This document shows positions 11,901-20,793 of a stretch of 48,732 nt of DNA, piece after piece. The notes beneath the pieces are model-generated. The model was given only the letters and a program-made list of their open reading frames with translations. It made no database searches and was not told the DNA's origin. The DNA is from Catajapyx aquilonaris (taxonomy: Eukaryota). The DNA lies in contig JYFJ02000131.1 in assembly GCA_000934665.2 (NCBI GenBank), positions 124,001-172,732 of the forward strand, given 5' to 3'. The first letter of the stretch is position 1. Every line of letters begins with the position of its first letter. A program made the position numbers and the translations under genes.

Positions 11901-14900
11901 TCTAACTCTGACGCCACTTGTCCCATGGATTCGCGGTTTTTTCTGAATGTGACCCAACACTTGATGGTGCTGAAAGAGGCCATTCAGATTTTAACAAAAA
12001 GTTCGAATTCGTCATTTTTTCAGATTACAGACGTATATAAGTTTCCGTGTGAAGAGTGTTTCAACATGGACCTTCACATCATTGAGTAATATATCAGAAT
12101 GATTTTTTTTCTTCAACTAAGGGAAGTACATGACGTCATAATAAATGTTGAATAACATTATTTTAGCAGAGCTTTATTTCAAAATAGTATGGGAGACACG
12201 CACACGTACGTTTAGCACGGTACGTCTCATCATTTACACAGTCTGTCATGACTGGTTTCATGTCAGGAAAATTAACCTTTGCACAATCCGCATTATGCAA
12301 GTTATATGTTAGTAACATGCAATTTATTAGCCGGTATTAAAAAATAAAAGCAAAATGGTTCAGAATTCCTAGGTTGCATAAATGTGACAGTGAAGTCACT
12401 TATTGTGTCTCAGGTGCTATTTCCATGTATCTGGAGTAGGACATATAAATATATTGCGCTGACAAAACCTCGAGTTAAACTAAGTAATAGTAGAGGCCAA
12501 CCTGATGTAATAATCTTACTTTCATGTTCTCAGTACATACGAACGACCCAATTAAAAATCGGATGTTCTGATGGCATGATTTCACTTAACCATAATTTTA
12601 AAATATAAACGCAATCATGACTTCTTTATAAACCGGCCACTTGGGGTAAACAATCTACGTCGACAATTAACTGGGCAATGCACTACCAGCAGCCTAATTT
12701 TCTGCGAACAAAAGCAGAGCAATTCATAGCTCAACAGCCCCTTCCCGTAACAAAAAAGCAGGATCTCTTAAATATCACAGACGAAGAGAGCGGACCCGAA
12801 TAAACAAGATCGCTATCGGAAGCTCCCTATAGAGAAAAAAAAACACACCAATCGCGTGTTCACGCAGCTAAAATCTTAACCATTAGTGAACTAAAAATAA
12901 CCTTTCGGTTCAAGGAGACAGAGGGTTCGATTCCTCTTTTTTCTCTCCTTAAAACGCAGCTCCTGTTCGATCTTCTTCGCGACACGCACAATGCTGAGCT
13001 GAACAAACACAGGTGTCAAATTCACCTGATGTATCACAGACGAGCGACGTACAAATTGGACTATTGAGCTGGCCTGAATTCTTCTGTACGACAAAATTGA
13101 TATCCCTTGAAAAAAATCGCGTGTACAAAACTAGATATTGCGACGCCTACAAAACATGCTGATATTCGCACGGAAGGGTCGAATTTTCTTTTCGCCTTGA
13201 TGTTATCAGGGTGGTAAAAAATATAATTTAATGAGGAACATCCTCTCTAATAGAAGTTTGACGACTGCTAGTAGTGTCATCATCACTGCTTAGAATATCG
13301 ATTGCTCTTGGCCTTGTCGCGGGAAACGCCCTCCTGGACTTATTCGTGCTCATAGCTGCCGGGAGATGTGACCGTTAAGGATATTCGCCTTGCGAGGCAG
13401 GTCGGAAATTGTGATTGAAGTAGTTCCAGATGATTGAAAAAAAGGTGCACATTAGAAGAAGAAAAAATAACTACTAATTTTCGACATGCTAACAAAAAGC
13501 GTCAAAATTATTCTGATCAACCCACAGCAATTTTGAACACTGAATCATGGTTAGCAAATATGTAAACATATTATGCGAATATTCCCATACTTCGTCACAC
13601 TTTCCGCTGTAAACCACTGACCCTGACCTCTACATTTACTGGTGATAATAATAGACCTTGTAAGCAGTCATTGACAGCCAAGTCCATTGTTCTGCGCAAT
13701 TATTCTTCAAGAACCGGCCGTAACCGAATAAATGTAAATCCCAGTGACATTGGAGTGACCTACGAATGGCGGCCCATTTGACCCCCTTTCCAAATAGGAT
13801 TAATAACAGGCCGTCGGCAGCAATTCCTTACAGTGCCTTTGTCAATAGAAACACGATTAATCCCTTCTCTCTCTTCTGTGCCACTTAAGTGATATAATGC
13901 CGTAAACTCCGCCGATAATTGGCAATGTCAGCCTTTGTTCCAAGCAAAAATAGAGTGTAAAGAACTGGCTGATCCTGCATCTTTTGCATCTACAACAAGA
14001 TCGCTTAGTCGCAGTGTAGTTCTTCTCTTAAGTCTGGTCCATTATTGCTTGGTACATGAGTTTTAGTTGGCACGTGGCCAAATCCATTGACGTCATTTGT
14101 TACCGCTCCTTTTTTTGCCTTATTATAATCTCATGCACGATATCCACATATTTGGACTATCGGTTATGGCATATCATGACCTCATGACAAATAAATCGCA
14201 ATGTGGCCATTATTCACTGTTTGCGTCATGATGGGTGAGGTCAGTCGCCTCCTTTTTGGACCCGGGAGGTGGGCGGAAATCCATGATCACTAATCGAATC
14301 TTAGTTAAATTACATTACAACACATCCCTCATAACTAGGTTAAGGCTTTCCATAAATCTACTTTTCGATGCCCTTGGCGAAACGGGCGAGGACGGTTCGC
14401 TTTTTGAAGTTTATTTTTCTCCTCGCATCGCAGCTGTGATTGAACATTATCGTACCACAACTTGCTATGATTAATCTAAGGGAGGCAGTGTACAAAAGCT
14501 AGTTATTTTGCTGCTTTCAGCTGCAGAACTTGAGCAGCTTCCAAATAGAGTGGTTCTGCAATTTTATGCTCGGCTTAGTGAAACCGGACAGGAAATGGCA
14601 ATTCCTGGCCTCCTGAAAATACGGCCGCTTGCCTTAACAATAGAGGCGATCATGTCCCGCAGCGTAACTGAACAATGTCATTATCAAGACGTGAAGGGAC
14701 CATTTTTTAAAGCTGACATCCAAATTTGTCGGGAACAACAAAAACATCCACATAGTAGTGAACATTTTTTCCTAAAATGACTTCCAAAATCGAGGTTTAA
14801 CGCATGGAACTGTTTTCTTTTGTGCTGCGTGTGATAACCTATTTCAGAAAATCGTTTTCGCTTCAATATTGCCTCAGAGTGAAATCTCCTGAGTTTAGAG

Positions 14901-16381
14901 GCTTTACAGCTGCCCGTATTAATATTTGTTGCGCAACATGCCCTGCAGGTGACTTTCAGTGTGACGTCTTGTAGTATATTCGTGAGACTCTTGTTTACAT
15001 CATGTTCAGCTTTTGCATACCCTGTAGTTTGCATGTTTGCAAATGCGTTGGATAATATCTCAATCCATCTCTGAGGGGAGTGTCACTAATTACAATAATT
15101 TGACTGACCAAGGCTAACTTTTTGTTAGCCTGAAGTATGCAAATCTACTGTATGGCTAATATCCGACAGCAACATATGATCACCAACAATGTGTACATTA
15201 CATGATATTATATTAATGGCAACAGAACGTAAATTGATATCGAAGACATAGCTGCGTGGAACATCGCACCAACTACGTAGTAGGAGAGTACAGTGCTGAA
15301 AACCAAAATAAATGGCATTTCGTAAGATTTAGTGTGACTTTCATTAGACTTTTTTCGCAGGTGCCAGAGAAAAAAAAACTTAAATCCTGCCGATGCTGGA
15401 ACATGTCAAGGGATTTCCAACATTCAGAGGTAATGAAGGTAAATGGCGTCAGTTTCAAGGTTGGGAATCTAGTTCAATCCTCTATTTTTTTGCCACTTAC
15501 AAACTTTGTATTGTAACAGAACTCTTATTGATTTACTGCGCTAAAAACCGAACCACTTTTGAGATGGTCACAAATTCATGACGTTTAATTACATCGCTAA
15601 TAAGTGGCAGTGATTTTACAAGTACAAGCAATTGCGTCAAAATAATGTTCAAGTTCAAAGGTATTATAAGTCGGAGGTCTACTTGGTCAGCCCTTCTCCA
15701 CCTTACTTATTACATTGTATTTTAATAGAATTTGCAGAGTGAACGTAGCAAATATCTTTTTAATAATGGAAGAGATACTGCGTATGTGCTGAAGCATACT
15801 AAACCATCATGCCATCGGTGTAGCGGCACGTGAAAGTCAAACAACCGCTGAGTGAAGTTTCGGTTAACTTATTTTCCTGCAGGAGATGCCCCTAGTCAAT
15901 AGGAGTAGAATCATGTTAATTGACCACATCGCCGCTCTACTTTCCACTCTGCGAAAAACAAGAGTGGTACAACTTACGCAACTTGTTTCCCATGACATTA
16001 AACCTCATGAGTTCTACGTGTAAGATCGGGATCTAGCATATACATAAGGCGAGGTGAATGGTATGGTCAGGACAGACTCTGAATAATTATTATAATTACT
16101 GGATCAAGAGACATTCAGCGTCAAACTCAATGGGTGATATAATGACATGCGTCAAACAATACGTGTAAACGGCTACAAAAAAGTGTACTAACCTAAATAT
16201 AGATCTGAGATAGAAGGATCGAGATGAGTGTAATTGGGAATTATTGCCATCAAGTACATTGATCTGTCCAATTAGCAACCTTCTGCGAGCGGGTTACAAG
16301 GTGACAGAGGTTGTTGGCAAGGAGAATCGCCAGCAAATAAAGAAAAAAGACAGTGGTTCAAGGCCACAGGGGTGCATTTGT

Positions 16382-16670
16382 ATCCTACATAATAATGACA
16401 TTCTCATTAATATTATGCACATGTCCTTGGCGCGACCGCTACGGGAAATAATTATATGCAAACTATAACGTTATACATGATTATAAAATATTACATCGTG
16501 ATTTGCTGAGATACGTACAGTACATTCGAAATATGCAGCCGGATGTTTGTTTTTTAAATACGTACACACTAGGTGTGACGCAAATGTTTGTGAAACATCG
16601 ACCATGATGGCATAACCAAAATATGCCTTTTTAGACTACATATAACAGCAGCCTTCGCTCAGTGAATATA
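16382..16670 (+). repeat. Diverged non-coding block A (homologous to 19403-19690)
   Basis: Shares a perfect 20-mer tatgcacatgtccttggcgc plus collinear matches (tcattaatatt, cgctacgg, ctgagat, tttttaaata, gtgtga, gctcagtg) with block B. Confidence 0.8.
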
Positions 16671-16933
16671 CAGTACTTCTTCCCAACATTATTATAAGAC
16701 TGGTTCACCAAGAATCAGATTCTGACGAAAAGGAGACAAGATAATTAGGTATTTATTAATTATTAATTATTCACCTATAATTCCTTCCTTCATACCTTAA
16801 CTTCGCGGCATAAATCCCCTAGAGGAGTAGCCAGATGTGTACAGGTTAGACCTGACCACCTCGTATTAGCAACATAATGAAGCCTCTGGTGAATGGCCAA
16901 GCCACGCAGAGGGTTAATGAAGGTGATGAACAC

Positions 16934-16937
<4 letters not shown>

Positions 16938-17014
<77 letters not shown>
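16938..17014. repeat. (AAT)~25 microsatellite followed by short (CAT)n/(GAT)n runs
   Basis: Direct read. It produces the spurious poly-Asn and poly-Leu ORFs. Confidence 0.97.
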
Positions 17015-17016
<2 letters not shown>

Positions 17017-17259
17017 TCATCATCATCATGAGGATGATGATGATAACATTGGTGGTGAAGGCGATGACAAACGAATCAAGCTCTAAGTCACCCGTGTGGA
17101 TCTCATATAATTCTGAATGCCCTGAACTACACAACAAGCACGGTGAATCGTGCAGGGAAGTTCCGTGCCTGCCAGACAAGGTCTCGGGGGGGAAAAAAAC
17201 TCGATTTTCAACATTTTCGCAATGTCTCTTTTTTTGCATCCAATACGTCACCGAACTAC

Positions 17260-17297
17260 TATTTAAAGTGTCAAGAGCCGACTCCCACCTTCACATT
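17260..17297 (+). promoter_or_regulatory. Putative core promoter of oxygenase copy 1 (TATA-like box plus initiator-like TCACATT)
   Basis: TATTTAAA at 17260-17267, pyrimidine-rich tcacatt ~31 nt downstream, ATG at 17329. Conserved in copy 2. Alternatively, tgtAG at 17304 is a splice acceptor. Confidence 0.45.
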
Positions 17298-17328
17298 GCT
17301 GTAGACGTTGCAACGGAACTTATCCGAG

Positions 17329-18423
17329 ATGCAGAAGCAAGTGATAGATTCTGATGCTCTTTTGCGAGATTGGAATTTGGCTGCCAACCTCTCTGGCACC
17401 AACTTCCCTTCATTGGACGACACACCTCCTCCTTGGGTGGACAAGGACAAGTTCAAGAGAGGACAGGAATTCACCCTCAAGTATTTCGGAATCCTCTACC
17501 TCATGAACGTAGTCGGGTCAGCCCTGTCCTTCGCATGGGGCCCAGTATACAAAATCCTGATGTACACCGCCAACTTCGAGGACCTCCCCAGATGCACCAA
17601 GAGACTTCTGGACACCCGGTATTACTTCAAGCAGTGGGCCTCGGGGGACATCTGGGATCCACGAGACTCTTCTCACCAGGCACTGGTCCAGGTGCAGAAG
17701 ATGCACCGGATGGTGGCCGCCTCTGTCAGAACCAACCCTCAAAAGGTGCACGACGCATCGCCCAACATCCGTTTGGAACCGGAAGTGTGGTCCGAGTGCA
17801 CCTGGTGGCCAATGCTGAGAGAAGATTGGACTGCGGCACTGGGGCCTCTGAAGAAGAAGGTTCAAGCTGATGGGGACATTTTATTCACTCAGTTTGATGC
17901 GGTGGTCACCATTATTGGACTGTTTGGCCCTCCGCTGCTTTGTCCAGAGAAGAGTGGTTTGTCCCATGTGTCCAAGAAAGAACTGGAGGACTATGCTCAC
18001 GTTGGACGAGTTCAGGTGTATTACATGGGGGTTGAGGACAGGTTCAATCCTTTCGATGGCAATTTGGACCAAATTAGAGCCAGGATTAACCTTCTCTTTC
18101 ATCATGTGATTGCTCACGGTTTCCAAAACATATCGCGAGAGGAGGAGTACATTTTCCGAATGCATATAAAAAGTTTGGCCAAAATGTCTCCGTTACCGTC
18201 TGTTCTTCAAAATTATATAAGTGCGGAGGTGAGTTTCCTTTACCTTGCTTGGGTTCTGGATATTAAATTGCCGACATGCACAAAAAATGCAAGCTTCTCC
18301 AACATAATTGTTTTAAGGCTAACTCAGTTTGCCTTTATGTTTTTAGGGAAGTTAGAATATTTAATATCATGGATTAATCATGTCTTTGACTATACTTTCG
18401 AGAACGGCAAAATTCGTAAATAA
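17329..18423 (+). CDS. MpaB/Lcp-like (DUF2236; ER-bound oxygenase / rubber oxygenase catalytic domain) putative haem protein, copy 1, 364 aa, intronless
   Basis: Longest ORF in the window. Motifs PPWVDKDKFKRGQEF, KRLLDT, VQKMH, FTQFDAVVT..GLFG, PEKSGL, LEDYAH..RV..YYMGVEDRFN match the arthropod DUF2236-type family as I recall it. Hydrophobic C-terminal segments. In-frame TAG at 17302, so the first ATG (17329) was chosen over the TTG at 17308. Confidence 0.85.
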   Translation: MQKQVIDSDALLRDWNLAANLSGTNFPSLDDTPPPWVDKDKFKRGQEFTLKYFGILYLMNVVGSALSFAWGPVYKILMYTANFEDLPRCTKRLLDTRYYFKQWASGDIWDPRDSSHQALVQVQKMHRMVAASVRTNPQKVHDASPNIRLEPEVWSECTWWPMLREDWTAALGPLKKKVQADGDILFTQFDAVVTIIGLFGPPLLCPEKSGLSHVSKKELEDYAHVGRVQVYYMGVEDRFNPFDGNLDQIRARINLLFHHVIAHGFQNISREEEYIFRMHIKSLAKMSPLPSVLQNYISAEVSFLYLAWVLDIKLPTCTKNASFSNIIVLRLTQFAFMFLGKLEYLISWINHVFDYTFENGKIRK

Positions 18424-18580
18424 GAGTCGCAGTGAAAACGTTACTTGTAAATAATATTTTTAGTGAACCTTGTTGGCTAACTAATATATATGAGATACAA
18501 ACGTGGGAAGAGGTTGTATCCGAATATTTATAACTGCCTGACCAAAAATTAGAACTTCAGAACGCTTCCGTATATTAATC

Positions 18581-18969
18581 GAGGGCAAGTTCAATCCTTT
18601 AGACGGCGATTTGGACCACATCAGAGCCAGGGTTGTGCTTTTTCAGTCTGTGATTGCTCATTAGTTTCAAAACATATCGCGAAAGGAAGAATACGTTTAT
18701 CGAATGCATGTGAGGTGTTTGGTCAGAATGGTGCCGTTACCGTCGGTTATTAGAAATCTAATTCATGTGGAAGTGATTTACCTTTTGATATCATGGATTC
18801 TGGGCGTTACATTGCCAACCTGCATAAGATCCGCACGTTTTCTTCGTGTACTTCAGTTCAGGATTGCACAATTACTCATTTTGGTGTTTGTGAAGTTAAC
18901 AACAATATTGTGTTTTGGTTTAATAACGTAGCTGACTATGGCTTCGAGAATGCGACATCGTCTCGTAAA
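18581..18969 (+). pseudogene. 5'-truncated, diverged third paralog of the oxygenase (C-terminal third)
   Basis: Translates EGKFNPLDGDLDHIRARVVLFQSVIAH*FQNISRKEEYVYRMHVRCLVRMVPLPSVIRNLIHVEVIYLLISWILGVTLPTC..., collinear with the intact copies. In-frame TAG at 18662-18664 and a frameshift at ~18900-18915 before WFNNVADYGFEN. Confidence 0.92.
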
Positions 18970-19116
18970 GTAAGAAAATCATACATAATTTCTTCCCTAT
19001 GTCGGTGGTTGTAGAAATACAAGTCAATTAATAGAGAGACTGTGCAAAATATATTCCAAACATTGACAATAGCATAATAATACATCTATGATGTAGTAAG
19101 CCATGAATGTACTGCA

Positions 19117-19122
19117 AATAAA
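19117..19122 (+). terminator. Candidate polyadenylation signal AATAAA
   Basis: First canonical AATAAA downstream of the copy-1 stop codon, ~150 nt after the end of the pseudogene fragment. Confidence 0.35.
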
Positions 19123-19402
19123 GTCTATGCACTGCAGTTGGATGTTCTAAATATTCAAAAAGTGGGCCTTGGTCTTTTTGATCCCTGAAAATAACTCCAT
19201 TAATTTTACAGCACGGGCAATCGTAATATACAGAACCGTAGAGGTATCCTATATAGGGCCACTTTATCCAATGAATTGCTATAACTTCCAATCACTTAAA
19301 ACTGCGGTTACAAATACGTAGTTTTTACCTGAACAGCAGAAATCCATATCAATATCAATATCAATCTTCCATATTAAAATCACATAAATATATCATATAA
19401 TC

Positions 19403-19690
19403 ATCCTTCCTAACGATGATATTGTCATTAATATTACCGTATGCACATGTCCTTGGCGCAATCGCTACGGCAAGGGGATCCCAACGTTACATGAACAAAA
19501 CAAAAAAAAAAAACCTTGTGACTTTCTGAGATGCATGTAAAATGGGTACTCTGATGGGTTTTTTAAATAGTATACTAGCTAAGTGTGATGCAATGTTAGC
19601 AATAAATCCTGCTTAGCAAGTGCTTAATTCACTACCAATGCCATTTTCACTGTAGTCTATTATATAAGATCAACATTAGCTCAGTGCATA
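19403..19690 (+). repeat. Diverged non-coding block B (homologous to 16382-16670)
   Basis: See block A. Same orientation, many substitutions and indels. Confidence 0.8.
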
Positions 19691-20254
19691 ATTATTATAC
19701 TGTGTACACGTTTCATTTTAAAAAGGATTAATACACTTTTATACAAACGTTTTGATTGAGGGCAGCTTGGAGTAAAATATGTCATATTAGTAAACGTGCA
19801 ATACCTGCATAGGCCCAATACCCCGCCTGGTTTTCATTATAATGGGTAATAATAATAATTACACTGATAAATCTTCTCAATATAAGGCAAATCCATCTAA
19901 AATAGGTTATTCTCACGTAAGAAAAACAGAGACAGAAAAATATGATATGTTAATATTATTGATTATATTGGCACTTTAAAAATATTAGATCTCGGTACCA
20001 TGAAGTTACTATAGGTAAAAAATGTATCATATACGGCATAATTTTGTAATGATAACAATGTGACACATGTGTAAGGACATGAAAATTTTGGCGTTGACAA
20101 AATTCACAAAAAGTGAGTCATTCACGCATTTTAATGATTAGATACAATTTAGTAACTTATTTGAACTGTGTTTGATTTTACTGAAGCATAATACAACCTA
20201 TAATATATACTAGCATTTATAGATTATTTGCCTGAAATAAGTACTGTAGTAGGA

Positions 20255-20790
20255 GAAACATGTAATCAGAGACGTACCCCTCCGTCAAAAAAAAAACACA
20301 ACTTCAGGATGTAATCTACACCTGTCATCCGTTTCGTAACCATGGAAAACACCAGGTTTCAGATCCCTCAATGATCATGTGCAAGAAACGACTACCTTCC
20401 TTACAATACTGCAGGAAATGCTCCAAGGACACACACCAACTGTTGTCATTCTGTACAGGTTCCAAGTTGTGTGGCACCCACTGCTCTTAAATCTTCCGGT
20501 ATATTATACAGAGGATCCCATATAACGATGCGCGCACTCCCAACGCTGATTACAGTCTCTTATGCACGTGCTTCCATCGTGATTCTTCTGCCTTCCAGAC
20601 TGAGGCTGTCACGTACAGGTACACGAACACTTCAGTGATCTCACACTGTTTGACCTGGCCTAGAATCACCCGTCATCGATGATCACCCCTCTGGAAACAG
20701 CTTATTCCAATCATTAACACGTGACAAATACATGCAGTTTTCGTACACTGTACTCATATACTACGACGATAGATTTCTGCACTCCCTATT
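20255..20790 (-). mobile_element. Mariner transposase relic (HTH region to first catalytic Asp motif)
   Basis: Minus-strand peptides in canonical order: GSAEIYRR..MSTVYENCMYLSRVNDWNKLFPEG*SSMTGDSRPGQ, RRITMEA..ISVGSARIVIWDPL, WVPHNL (20463-20480; mariner WVPHEL signature), VSLEHFLQYCKEGSRFLHMIIEGSETW (cf. IVTGDETW), TKRM, FFD..G. Stops and frameshifts present. Confidence 0.9.
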
Positions 20791-20793
20791 CTT

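Larger units (their letters stand above)
17258..18579 (+). repeat. Recent duplication/conversion tract, copy 1 (pairs with 24877-26212)
   Basis: Near identity starts at actatttaaagt and ends at ccgtatattaat. Offset is 7619 bp across the CDS. Confidence 0.95.

Noticed and set aside
12900..12936. B-box-like GGTTCGATTCC with a short stem
   Set aside because: No convincing A box or cloverleaf upstream. At most a very decayed SINE.
16100..16290. Faint RTE C-terminal-like peptides (DM...GYKKV, KDRDE)
   Set aside because: Too degenerate to distinguish from chance.
17308..17328. TTG start used by the ORF track (371 aa; also 24927)
   Set aside because: Eukaryotic context; the first ATG is 7 codons downstream. 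The extension would apply only if tgtAG at 17304 is a used splice acceptor.
16790..17354. 153-aa poly-Leu (minus) and poly-Asn (plus) ORFs
   Set aside because: Artefacts of the (AAT)n microsatellite.
17370..18165. Overlapping alternative-frame and antisense ORFs (166, 115, 94 and 79 aa; duplicated at 24989-25784)
   Set aside because: Shadows of the GC-rich real CDS. Their apparent conservation just reflects the 97% DNA identity.
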